This document shows positions 50,325-62,368 of a DNA stretch of 64,000 nt, piece after piece. The notes beneath the pieces were generated by a model that saw nothing but the letters and a program-made list of their open reading frames with translations, ran no database searches and was not told the DNA's origin. Position 1 is the first letter of the stretch; the number at the start of each line of letters is the position of its first letter. Made by a program: the position numbers and the translations under genes. Origin of the DNA: Girardia tigrina (Eukaryota); assembly GCA_001938485.1 (NCBI GenBank), contig MQRK01183776.1, forward strand, positions 13,592 to 77,591, read 5' to 3'.

Positions 50325-53099
50325 GTAAGAATATACTTATGATGTTTAAATATTTGTTGCATTTCTATTTTTATTCATGTTTTACAAAACGTTGTATTAA
50401 TACAACCATTTTACATATATTTCCTTGGAAATTCTTTAAAATAAATGATTGATTTCCCATAATGAAGAAATGTATGTCTAAAAAAGTCATTTTAAGTGCA
50501 AAACTTTGTATCACGAGTCTTTCTGGACTTGAAAGAATTAAAATGATTCTAAATTTAACATTGTAAAGGAATGTTGTGCCTTATAAGAAGTGATCCTGCC
50601 ATAGAATACATCCGTGGTTCTCAATCTTTATGAAATTGGGGAGTACTAAACTTTAAAATTTATTCCTACGGAACACTTACAATAACACATTACCTTTAAA
50701 GCAGGGGTGGCAAACCTTTTCGGATTCTAGAAAGCAATAAAAACTAGAGTATTGCTCAGAAAAATAACACCTCTTCAAAATATTTTCTTTTATAAAAGAA
50801 TAAAGTACCAGATGAACGTAAACAATTTTATTTACAAATAATTCAAAATTGCAATACTTAAAAATTTAATAAAAACATATTTTTGTTGGGTATTTGAATT
50901 AAAACTCGGTTTTATCTTTGTTTATATTAAATTTCTAATCTGACTCCAAAACGACTAAAAGGTTTCTTCCAACAATAATATATGAAGAATGAACACATCA
51001 TTTTAATACACTTTATTTGCAAATGACAACTTGAGCACAAAATTAAATCGAAACTATAACAATAAATCAATATTTTGAAGCACACTCAACCAGCACAAAC
51101 CAATATCAATTTAGAACGAGCAATATCTGAAATTTATGATTAAATTTTTCTCCTTTACAGGATACTAAATTTGTTAAGTAAACAAAAATTAAATAAAGAA
51201 AGATTACCGTAAATCATAATCAAGTTTAAAGATTTAATGAGATCCGTAAGTATAATTTTGTCCGTAATTTTTGTTGTGAATATGACTGAAATAATTATTG
51301 TTTATATACTAGTTTTTAAATAACCTTGAAAATTAGTTTGCTAAAATAATTCTAAAAATATTTACAAATATTCTACAAATTTTATCAAAATAACAATTAT
51401 GATAAACAAATTATTAATTTTAACCAGAGAATTATTTTTAATTTTTCTATTAGATTTTAAAATTTTAATTTATATTTTTCTGAACCCCAACATTATGTTA
51501 TAATTTATATATATAATAATAAATTTTTTTGTTGGGAGCGTTGTTGAGTTCATAAAATTTTTGAATTTACAATCTTATCAAATTAATAATTAAACAATTA
51601 CATTCCGTAAAATATTGTTATAGATATGTTAAAATAAGATTTTCAGAAATTTAATGTAAAAATTAATTTATGTAAGAAATAAAATAAATTTTACGGTAGG
51701 TTTATTAAAAGATTTATACAAAGATTTATTACAAAGTAAATAAGTTAATTACAATTTTAATAAAAATATTTAATTGCAATAAAATCAAACGTAATATAAA
51801 ATTTAATATTTTATTTGCGAAAAGAAAGTAAACTAAACTATTTTTTGTAACTTTATTTACACGATTAAATCGAAGTAAATAAAAAATGTTATTATAATTT
51901 TCTTTTGGAAATTTTTTTTGGAATCAAAATATAATTGTTAAACAATTAAATCGACTTAAATGAAAATGCGATTTTAATTTTATTTTGGAAAACGTAATTA
52001 TTAATGGAAATATAATTTTATTTTTTATATAAAAAAAGGTAATTTAAAAGTTGTTAAATTAAACGAAATTGCGATTTTAAATTCTATTTTCAAAACATTA
52101 TTTTACTAAATCGGAAAGTAATTTTTAAAACTATTATGAAAGCGAAATGAAAAATGCTATTGTATACAATTAGGAAATTTAATTGAGAAGCAGGTAAATT
52201 TAAAGGTACAATAAAATTGAAATTTAATATAAGACGCAACAAAATCTTTGTGACAAAATTTTAATTCACTTTATAATTTTTTTATTAAAAAAAAGTACAG
52301 GATTTTAATTCGTAAAAAATACAATAACCATATTTATATTTATATCAATTCTTATTTATAATGGTTTGTGTAAAAAGAAAGTGCAAAAGTTCCTCGGAAA
52401 TATTTGTTTAAAAAAACTCAAAATGTGGTAGAAAATAAAGTTTTGTGTTAATGTCAACGTCTTTTGATCAAGAACTCAAGACATATTTTATAATTTAAAT
52501 GAAGTAAATGGTGACTAGAATATTTTGTATGGTTAACTGTACCACTCGGTGTAGTATATTACAAATTACATCATTGACATTTGCTGATTACATTTCCATT
52601 ATTTTACATTGTACTGATTTTCCTTTTGCGACAATTTTTAATTCTGTATTTCATTTTATTTGTGGAACGCTTGATGTATCTTCGCGGAACACCAGTATTC
52701 CGCGGAGCACGGTTTTCAAATCACGGGAATACAATGTGATTGTTTTTACAAGGGGCAAAACTAAAAAAAAATGTTTTTGGAAAGCGTCTAAAACAGTGAT
52801 TCTCCACGTGGGCGATATCGCCTCCAGGGGACGTTTTCTATTTTCCATGGGGTGCTGTGAGGGCCAGGGGCGTTATTGGGAAGAAAAGTTCCGAATTATT
52901 GACCAATAATTTATTTCCTATATCATATGATGTGGATCAGTCAGACGAGTAACTTAAAAATATCTTCTGTAATACATAAAAGTCAAAATTTGGTTTTACC
53001 ATCTGTTGGTGTGAGAGCGGTCGCGGGGTCCATGGGTTGAGTAATCGGTGTTTCCGAGACAAGGGGGACGGAAAAACCAATCTTACTGCATTCGCCTGC

Positions 53100-53400
53100 C
53101 GATCATCAATCTCGTCTCCGTGGAAGAATGGTTTGCGGGTGATCATCTCAGTAAATCTATACGCCATATTCCACACATCTACTGCCCAAGAGTATCGCTC
53201 TGACCCTATTAAGATCTCGGGTGTCCGATACCACAATGTAAAGAGCCTTCATCGGTACACCAAAGGTCTTAGCGAGTCCATAGTCTGAAAATTACATAAT
53301 CGTGCTAGTTGAATTGAGGAACAGATTTTGTGATTTAAGATCTCTGTAACCCGGCGTAAGTGACAAAACAATAGTCCCTGTAAAATTTGTTAATCAAAGT
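53100..53400 (-). pseudogene. CDK1/CDK2-like pseudogene, subdomains VI-X
   Basis: QILQGLLFCHLRRV / [27 protein letters not shown] / [23 protein letters not shown]...[11 protein letters not shown], with frameshifts. Confidence 0.88.
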
Positions 53401-53650
53401 GTAGTGACCACAATTTATTACATATCCATCGTAAAATTTTTCCTACACTAATAAAATTTTATCGTTGATTAAATTTATAAATAAAACTAAAACTAAAATC
53501 AAAATTATCAAATTTCAAATTTAATTAATTTTATCAATTGTAATTTTTTTAATTACCACTAATAAGTAAAATTTTATCGGTGTTAAAATTTATAAAAAAT
53601 CAAAACCTGGTAACTAAATAAAAAAAATAAAGTTAATGAAAATATCATTT

Positions 53651-53701
53651 AAAAATATATTTTAAGATAATATATTTCGACGGTTTAACCGTCATCATCA
53701 G
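53651..53701 (-). ncRNA. Minimal hammerhead ribozyme in the inverted Penelope repeat
   Basis: Minus strand reads CTGATGA-T-GACGG-TTAAA-CCGTC-GAAA-TATATT..AATATA-TT. Confidence 0.75.
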
Positions 53702-55567
53702 ATCACTGATTATGTTCTTTATTATTACTTTTATATAAGAAATGAATGATTATGTAATCACTTACGTAAGTCTAATCAAAAACTCTTAAGAAATTAGTTG
53801 AGAGTGCTGTTTGAACATTGATTTTTGGATCACATGATCTTATGAATAATGCTTCACATGACTCTCTCTCCCAATAATTTTTAAAATGCTTGCACAAAAT
53901 TTTAAAATCATTTATGTTCACATTACATTTACACGTTTTTTTATGCTCAGCAATATTACTCTTTCCCCTATTTGATGGATGGACAATTTACGAAGACATT
54001 TTACGATGGACATTACAAAGGATATTTTTGACTGACTTCATGTGTCTGGTTCTCAACCAGTAAAATTATACGGCCTTCCTAAAATACATAAAGATGGAGT
54101 TCCAATGCGACCGGTTCTATCTATGATCCGTACGTCTCAGTACAATATTGCTAAATATCTAGATACGAAGATAAAGTCTTTCATTCCTAATGATTTTATT
54201 TGTAAGGACAGTTTTGAGTTTGTGAATTCCAGTGCTTATTTTGAAATACGAACTGAAAATGATTTTATGGTTTCCTTTGATGTATCGAGTCTATTTACTA
54301 ATGTTCCGTTACAGGAAACCATCGAATTATGATGTGAACTTTGGTGTAAGAATAATCTGGACAATTCTGATTTAGATGAAGTTGCTTTTCGAAAACTCTT
54401 AACATTTGCTACTTCAAATGTCCATTTTCTATTTAATGGTGAATGGTATAAACAAATAGATGGGGTTGCAATGGGTTCACCATTGGCTCCAACGTTAGCC
54501 TCTATATTTCTTTCTTCCATTGAAGAAAAAATAGAATTGTTTTTGGGGAAAAAGCCACTACTTTATAAGAGATATGTGGATGATATCTTTCTAGTCTTTG
54601 AATCTCGAGAACATGTGTTTCCTTTTCTAGATGACATGAATTCGATTCATCCAAATATAATCTTTACAGTAGAACAGGAAATAAATGGAAAATTACCATT
54701 CCTTGATTTGTTAATTGAAAGGAAAAATGATCATTATGAAACTGAAATATATCGAAAGAAAACTGATATTGGTTTTTACACCTCCATAAACAGTTTTTGT
54801 GAGTTTAAATATAAAAGGAATATGATCAAAGGTTTGTTATACCACTCTTAGTCTCTTTCTTCTACGTTTTCAAAATCTATTAAAAGTATTGATACATTGA
54901 GCAAGTTATTGAATAATAGCGGTTACTCTAAGTCCATCTTAGACAGACTCATTCGTGAGACTGTAGATAAAATAATCGAAAAAGAAAAATCAAAAATGAA
55001 CAAATTAATAGTTTAAACATTGAAAACTGCTTTACACCTGGGTATACTCTAAGTTTACCTTACTCCGAGGGTTTTAAACATCTCAAGAATTCGATCTTGA
55101 AATCAACAAATAACATTTTAAATTTAAAAATTATTTTTCAATCATTTAAAGTTGAGAATATGTTTTGCAATAAATCACATACTCCTTTGCGATTGTATTC
55201 GGACATTGTTTATCAATACACATGTTATGGGTGCAATGCCACATACATCGGAGAGACTGCCCGTCATCTCTTCAAACGAGTCCAAGAACACAGTCAAAAA
55301 GGAGGAAAGAGTAATATTGCTGAGCATAAAAAAACGTGTAAATGTAATGTGAACATAAATGATTTTAAAATTTTGTGCAAGCATTTTAAAAAGTATTGGG
55401 AGAGAGTGTCATGTGAAGCATTGTTCATAAGATCATGTGATCTAAAAATCAATGTTCAAACAGCACTCTCAACTAATTTCTTAAGAGTTTTTGATTAGAC
55501 TTACGTAAGTGATTACATAATCATTCATTTCTTATATAAAAGCAATAAAAAGAACATAATCAGTGAT

Positions 55568-55616
55568 CTGATGATGACGGTTAAACTGTCGAAATATATT
55601 ATCCTAAAATATATTT
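55568..55616 (+). ncRNA. Minimal hammerhead ribozyme at the Penelope 3' end
   Basis: CTGATGA-T-GACGG/CTGTC-GAAA-TATATT/AATATA-TT. Confidence 0.75.
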
Positions 55617-56099
55617 TTTAAAGGCGTTTATTTCTTTATAATAAAAAATTGCTATCTTTTTTCAAGTTTATTAATGAAAATATGTTGTTTAAATATGTAT
55701 GATTTAAAATAAAATTTTCTTATCGGCTTGAAAACGTGATATTTTCCCTGCCTTTTTTTTATCGATTATTCTTTGCGGTAAATTCTATAATCGTATAGAA
55801 ACCGTAAAAAAAGATAAGAAAAAATTCAACTGACGGCGAAACACCTGGGGGACGATTGGCAACGAAAATCGCTCGTAAATTCCCCCCATCGCCCGATGGC
55901 GTCAAAACGCCGAATCGACGTCGTTCTGAAACTCTATGGCAAGATGGCGACCCCCATAGCATCCCAATGCCATCCGACACCGGTAATTTATCGTTATTGT
56001 CGAACCGTTTCTCCGGAGTCAAATTCAAGGGTCACTGGTTGGTGATTGGACCCGTTGAGTTCCCATCGAGACGGCGCAATGTCCCCTTTACACAAAAAA

Positions 56100-56260
56100 T
56101 TTCACAACCATAGCGTCCATATTGGACTCCAGATTATCGAGACACCGCCGCAGATCCATATTTAGATACTCAAATACGAGAAGCAATTTCTTGTTTTCTT
56201 TGTAAACGACTCCGTAAGCGACTTCTCTAATCTTTTCAATTTTAATGAAATCAAAATTGA
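56100..56260 (-). pseudogene. CDK1-like pseudogene, N-terminal piece
   Basis: DFIKIEKIREVAYGVVYK|ENKKLLLVFEYLNMDLRRCLD, cf. CDK1 DYTKIEKIGEGTYGVVYK and LYLIFEFLSMDLKKYLD. Confidence 0.82.
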
Positions 56261-56590
56261 TTTTTTCAATTGTTAGAAATGATAACTTTGTAAATAATTC
56301 TTTCAGGAATGTTTTTTTTCAGATTTTCATGTGACTTCGACTAGACGCTATATACTTACTTAAGTATATTACTAAATTACTAATTGTTTTATTGTGAATA
56401 ATCCATTAAATTTTGAATTCTAATCAAGAGGATTTTAAAATTATTTTTGATGGAGAATTTGTTTAGGTAGTATATTTGTTTTTGATTAAAATATTGATGT
56501 TTTTGTGGAAAAAACACCCTGTAGTGTTAGATAAATTGATTTTAAAGTTTATTGACTAGCTTAGCACAATGATCTTCTTAAATCATCACG

Positions 56591-57855
56591 TGTGTAGTGC
56601 GCCCATTAAATACCCGGAATGAAGGTTGATTAATATATTCAATTATGGGTATTTTTGTGATATATTCCTTGAGTATTATTGGTAACTGAAATACGATTTG
56701 TTTTACTGTAACATCTGCATGTGGTCTAATTTTTGCAGACATTCAATTTTTCTTCATAATCTTGTTTTTTTTCGTGTGGAATTTTGTAGTGTAATAAAGT
56801 TTTAATTTTTGAAAAGTTTTCGGCGAAGAAAATTATTGAGGAGTTTAAGAATGTATATTAAGATGAAAGCTCATCTAAAACTACTATTATTGACTGAATT
56901 GCATAATTTAAGCATGGTAGAGAGAGTGTTTTTGATGAGGAAAGTACCGGAATACGTTTGGAGATTGGCAAAAACATTGAATAAAAATTAAAGAATGTTG
57001 TCCAATTTGACAGACGCATCACAAAAAGAATGCTCTGCTACAGTCTGAATATGAGCAAATGAAGTTTGCATTCCTTAATAAAGTCTATGGGTCTGTGAAA
57101 ACTTTCTTCACTTCCACGTTTCCTAATAAGTGAAATGTGAGAAAAGAGACTCAGTTCGTTTCAGGCACATCTCATGACAGTGGAACAAGTTGGATATTAT
57201 TTTCTTCGAAACATCGTGACAGCTGACAAAACACCGCTCTCTCTCTCTCTATCTACCGGACACTAAACAGGAATCCAATGAGTGGAAATTCCTTAATGAA
57301 ACGAACACAAAGAAGTTACGAGCATCAACTTGCCACCTTAAATCTCTTATGATTACGATTTTTTGGGATTTTCATGGTGTGGTTTCAATAGTTTCTTTGG
57401 CAAGGATGTGAAAATGAACTCCTGTTACTATGTCGACTAGCCCAGAAAGCCAGGAATTCCAGACGAAAATCTCGACGAAAATCCCTAATACACAGAAGCG
57501 ATTACAAGTGAAATTAAGAAGGTGGGTTTCCAGAGCAACTTACACCCTCCCTATCCACCGAACCTTGGTCTGAGGGATTTTTATTTATTCATACATCTCA
57601 AAAAACACTTAAGAGGTAGACATTTCACCTCAACATCAGAAGTAAAAGAGATGGTGCAATAATTTCTGGATAATCAACCACCATTTTCTATATATACGAC
57701 AAAGCCTTCTTGGAGCTGGTGAGACACTGGAAAAAGTGTGTACAGAATAGTGAGTCCTAAACGGACAAATTAATACCAACCAATGTTGGTTAAAAAATTA
57801 TTCATGTGTGATATCCTTTGTACTTCATTCGGGTATTTAAATGGCACACCATGCA
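56591..57855 (+). mobile_element. Old near full-length mariner relic
   Basis: Imperfect TIRs (..CCATTAAATACCCGGAATGAAG / CTTCATTCGGGTATTTAAATGG..); IVTADKT, IFWDFHG and HPPYPPNLGLRDFYLF motifs. Confidence 0.8.
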
Positions 57856-59288
57856 TTAAAGGCGGTCGATAATTAGAGAATACATTAGTTCTTTAATAGA
57901 AGCTATGAAGGGTGTACTCATCAAATGTACTTGTATTGGTTTATTGTTACCTATTGTAATACTGTGACTAAGTGTCTTGCAATTATAATCAAGTCAAGAA
58001 TATATTAGTAAAATCTGGTTTTGGTATGGTTATAGTGTGTAATAATGGGCTTATGTTTCACGATTAAATGCAATTTTAGGTGAAGAAAATTCCCTGATTA
58101 ATCCAATAAACTTAAAAATTAATCAAAGAATTTTCCCTGTCAGAACAACAAAAATGAATATCACTTATTACTTAAATATATATTTCAAATTTAACACAAC
58201 TGAATAAAAGTTGAACAGGACTCAAACTCTAATTGGTAAAGTTTTAAAATCTAATAATAAAAAAATACTTAGTTGGATCTTCCAAAGCACCAAAAATTAA
58301 TTACGTCCAAATTCTTAGACCAATTCAGATAAATAATCAAATGTCTTTTTATTTTTCTTTTTCTTTGTTAAACTTTGTATCAGCAGGAAACAAATACTCG
58401 TCAAATTAATCCTAGTCAAATTCAAAATTATAATTTCTGAATATCCCGTAGGGATATTGATTATTTTATAGATTTTTTTAAGCATTTAAATTTTTATAAT
58501 TAAATATTTCATTACCATTTTACCAAAAAAACCTGAACTTCCTTTTCTTTTTATAAAAATAAGCAAAAAATATATCAACAAAAAATAAACGAATAAAAAA
58601 ACATCACTAATATAATATATATTAGTGAAAAAAATATATCGAATTCTTGAGATGTTTAAAACCCTCGGAGTAAGGTAAACTTAAAGTATCCCCAGGTGTA
58701 AAGCAGTTTTCACTAATATATAATATAATAAAAACATCTCTAAAACCAATGTCGTTAAAACCAATGTCATAAAAACCCAATGTCACAACAAATGTCACTC
58801 ACACATTCCATAATAGCATTGATTTTACTTTCGATAATATCGTTACTTTTACTTCTGATAATACTGACACAGGGACGAAAGAAAATCCAAATAAATCTAT
58901 TAATTAAATAACTTAACCACATCCACACTCCCACAAATTAATCAAAGTAACTCAAATGCTCATTCTTGTCTCTTAAAAAAATCCATTCTTCTTTTTTGTA
59001 TGGCCTTTACAGTACTCATCCTTGATATACATTGATATCGTAATCTATGAGATTCGTTTTACGCATCTATTACATCAAAATATTTTCCATAATAAAACTG
59101 TTTATTTTTTGTGTTTGAAATCTTCGAGAAAGTTAATTAAAAAATATATATATATTTTGCTTTTTAAATGTTATTTTGATTTAAATTCATTGTTTCAAGA
59201 TAGCATATTGATATATTAAAGATATTTTTAGTTTATTATTGTTATTGATTATTATTTTTCTTAAACATTTACCATATTAACTTATCAG

Positions 59289-59403
59289 AGATCGGGCTTT
59301 CTTTTGGAGGTTATGTAACAATAATAGAGAAAATCTGATTGCTATGGGTGGTCAGTTCATTCTTGATGAAGAAAAGAAAGAAACGCGTTTAGAGGAAATC
59401 AAG
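59289..59403 (+). CDS. SELENOO: SelO exon 8
   Basis: Acceptor cttatcag, phase-compatible with exon 7; DRAFFWRLCNNNRENLIAMGGQFILDEEKKETRLEEIK; donor at 59404. Poorly conserved region. Confidence 0.8.
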
Positions 59404-59446
59404 GTTATTATCGGCTATGATTCGCGAAGTTAATTAAATTAAATAG

Positions 59447-59749
59447 AATTGGACTGAGCAAGACAAAAAAACTCATGATTTAGAGACATGGCGAGTATGG
59501 ATGGAAAAATATTTAGTAAAGTTACAAGATTATTGGAATACCTTTGAAAGTAAAGAGACCGGCTGTAAAGATTCTTTAGAGAAGATGCAGAAAAATAATC
59601 CCAGAATTGTATTAAGAAATTACTTGGCTGAAATTGCGATTAAAACAGCTGAAAGCGGAGACTTTTCTGTCAGCCAGAAACTATTAGAGAAACTCCAAAA
59701 CCCTTTTAGTAATATCGAGTTTCATAATCGAAATGAACTCATCTCTTCG
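59447..59749 (+). CDS. SELENOO: SelO exon 9
   Basis: Follows a 43-nt intron; NWTEQDKKTHDLETWRVWMEKY...MQKNNPRIVLRNYLAEIAIKTAESGDFS...LQNPF (NP..VLRNY motif); donor at 59750. Confidence 0.93.
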
Positions 59750-59796
59750 GTAAAATATTATGCATACAAATAATCGCGTGATGATGTTGTTATTAG

Positions 59797-59874
59797 TTTA
59801 AAGAACAGAAAATTAACGTTTGCGAAAGACCACCGAATTGGGCTTGTGATCTAAAAGTTACTTGATCGTCATAG
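59797..59874 (+). CDS. SELENOO: SelO last exon with selenocysteine codon (TGA 59863-59865)
   Basis: Follows a 47-nt intron; FKEQKINVCERPPNWACDLKVT(TGA)SS(TAG), matching the SelO C-terminus PP.WA..L.VT-U-SS. Summed exons = 1869 nt = 622 aa + stop. Confidence 0.93.
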
Positions 59875-59924
59875 ACGAAGAAAGAGTACGAATTCTTTCT
59901 GGATGTCCCAAACAATCAAAATCC

Positions 59925-59994
59925 GCATTGAATTATGAATGACGTTTCATTTTGAAAAACTTTCCGAAGTTAAAAATGAAATCGATGTCAATGC
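59925..59994 (+). promoter_or_regulatory. Type II SECIS element in the SelO 3' UTR
   Basis: Helix I GCATTGA/TCAATGC; core A-TGAC (59939-59943) opposite CGAT (59983-59986); helix II GTTTCATTTT/AAAATGAAAT; unpaired AAA; apical mini-stem AACTT-TCCG-AAGTT. Confidence 0.92.
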
Positions 59995-60181
59995 AGCTTT
60001 TGATTAAATGAGATGACAATTTATTTTTCTACAATTACAATTTGTTAATCCCTTTTGTCAGTTTTGAAATGTTGACTTCTTTTGCTTATTACATCTCTAA
60101 TCAAGTGTTTCTATTGCAAAACAAAGCGGAGCTTAATCCAATGAAATGTAAAGTTTCAGTTTTATAATCCATCGTAAAATA

Positions 60182-61395
60182 TTGGGTTGGCCTAAAAATC
60201 ATTGCGTTTTTAAGTACGTCCTAATAAACAGCTTGACAATATAAAACTATGTGATAAAATTTAAATTCAATTATATATTCTAAAACCTCAATTTTCAGAC
60301 TATGTTTATACAAAATATTAATTGCTTTTGTTTTAATTGATTACTTTACCGTCAATTCGAAATGGAAAATCAAAATGAGCATATTCGTCATGTTTTGTTG
60401 CATTATTTTCGCAAAGGGAAAACCGCTGTGCAAGCTCATAAGAAGATATGTTTTGTATNNNNNNNNNNNNNNNNNNNNNNNNNNNNNNNNNNNNNNNNNN
60501 NNNNNNNNNNNNNNNNNNNNNNNNNNNNNNNNNNNNNNNNNNNNNNNNNNNNNNNNNNNNNNNNNNNNNNNNNNNNNNNNNNNNNNNNNNNNNNNNNNNN
60601 NNNNNNNNNNNNNNNNNNNNNNNNNNNNNNNNNNNNNNNNNNNNNNNNNNNNNNNNNNNNNNNNNNNNNNNNNNNNNNNNNNNNNNNNNNNGGTTACCAC
60701 ATGAACTGAAAGAAATTCATTTGGTGAAACGTATAGACATTTACGATTCCCTTTTGAAGCGAGAACAAAGTGATCCATTTTTGAAGCGCTTGATTACGGG
60801 TGACGAAAAAATGATTGTTTACACCAATGTGAAACGCCGACGATCATGGTCAAAACGTGGTGAGCCTGTCAAAACGACCCCAAAAAGCAGAAATTCACCA
60901 AAAGAAGGTTATGCTTTCCGTCTGGTGGGAATTTAAAGGAATTGTGTTTTTTGAACTCCTTCCGAGGAATGAAACCATCAATTCAGACAGATATTGTGAT
61001 CAGCTGGAGAAATCGGCTCATTCAATTCAACAGGAACGTCCTGAATTGATAAATCGAAAAGGAGTTGTAATTCAGCGTGTAATTCAGGTTTTGCCGCACC
61101 CACCGTATTCTCCAGACTTGGTCCCATCGGATTTTCACCTATTTAGATCACTGCAGAATTCCTTAAACAGAAAAACATTCGCCAGTGATGATGACATCAA
61201 ATCGTTCTTAGACGGCTTTTTTGCTGACAAGGGCAAAGGTTTTTATGAATCAGGAATAATGAAGCGACCGGAAAGGTGGAAGAAAGTGATTGAAAATAAT
61301 GGACAGTATACCGTGTAAAATTATTTGTGCATCCATGTCATTTTTTGATAATAAATATTTTAGTAAAAAACGCAATGACTTTTTGGCCAACCCAA
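60182..61395 (+). mobile_element. mariner element, defective
   Basis: TIRs TTGGGTTGGCC.AAAA.TCATTGCGTTTTT with TA TSDs; LITGDEK, KKVMLSVWW, HPPYSPDLVPSDFHLF. Frameshift, and the HDNA (second Asp) segment is deleted. Confidence 0.95.
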
Positions 61396-61859
61396 TACAC
61401 TACTCTACATATCAGAAATCACTGAGCAGAGATATGTGTTTTCTGAGTCCGTTTTTGGCGCCGATTACGAAAATGAGATCCAAATTGTCTCACCAGATCT
61501 AATTTTTTAGATATGCGTATAGGCATTAATTTCGAAATTATCGAAAATTTCATTGAGTAAAGTCTGTCGCTCAAAACAGTTAAGATCATCAGGAGTCTTA
61601 GTAAAGTTAAGATATGAGGGGAGCGGACTGGAGTGCAACCTGGAGTATGTGTTGGAGGATGATGAGATTATTCAGCCTCCCCAAAGTGAATGTTTGTGTT
61701 TAACATGCGTAAAATTGACCTAATAATGAATCAACACAGTTTGTCATATGATGTTACATGGATGGAGTCGCACACACCTTCACTTTCTGCAGTGTAAGCT
61801 GTAGTAGTCTTACTATATGTAAAAATAACAAATTTGTTTCTCAATTCACTAGGGCCCAA

Positions 61860-62130
61860 ATCTGTTATTTTTACTATTATAAAATAACCAAGTTTAAATA
61901 AGAAGTTTATTTATACCGGTTGCATAAAATTCTGGCTTTCTGAAGGCGATGAAATCGTTGAAGGCAGTTTTAGCATACCTTTGATTTTTGAAGTATTTCA
62001 CCAGGAAGAAAATGTCAAAATGTTTGAAAAAGTGATAATCAGTAGGCGAGAGGTAAGCTGAGTATGGTGGATTACTCAAAGTTTCGTAACCAAGTTTGTT
62101 CAACAGTCGCATTGTCAGACGTGGCAACGG
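61860..62130 (-). mobile_element. mariner 3' fragment
   Basis: LNKLGYETLSNPPYSAYLSPTDYHFFKHFD...PEFYATGINKL. Confidence 0.85.
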
Positions 62131-62176
62131 TAAACCCCCTGAAGGGAGGTGGGACAGAACTTTCATCTTTCCCCTA

Positions 62177-62368
62177 TTAATTGGAGATTCCGAATTCTAA
62201 TTTCATTTTTTTTAATGCAAATCTGAAACAATTATCTTTTACATCCCGTTCAGAGGACGCTTACCTGAGATGGATTAGACTTTCAAATAGACATCTAAAT
62301 GCGCAAGCATACCTTGTAAAAACATATTTTCCTAAATACAAAATGGTCTTCATAATAGCTTCCAAAAT
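62177..62368 (-). CDS. Putative last two exons (62368-62265, 62222-62177) of a convergent gene
   Basis: Acceptor ttttctag; ILEAIMKTILYLGKYVFTRYACAFRCLFESLIHLR; 42-nt GTAAGC..TTTCAG intron; FALKKMKLEFGISN*. No homology recognised. Confidence 0.4.

Larger units (their letters stand above)
53649..55622 (+). mobile_element. 5'-truncated Penelope-like element with inverted terminal repeat
   Basis: [46 protein letters not shown], and GIY-YIG (IVYQYTC..CNATYIGETARHLFKRVQEH). 53649-53966 is an inverted copy of ~55303-55622. A few stops and frameshifts. Confidence 0.95.

Noticed and set aside
58384-58450. Possible extra SelO micro-exon after tatcag/cag
   Set aside because: Exon 7 joins exon 8 in frame at a normal protein length; no SelO similarity or convincing donor.
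60001-60104. Possible second SECIS (ATGA motifs; TGATTA..GAGATG / CATCTC-TAATCA pairing)
   Set aside because: No helix II with apical AA and no opposing GA at the right spacing.
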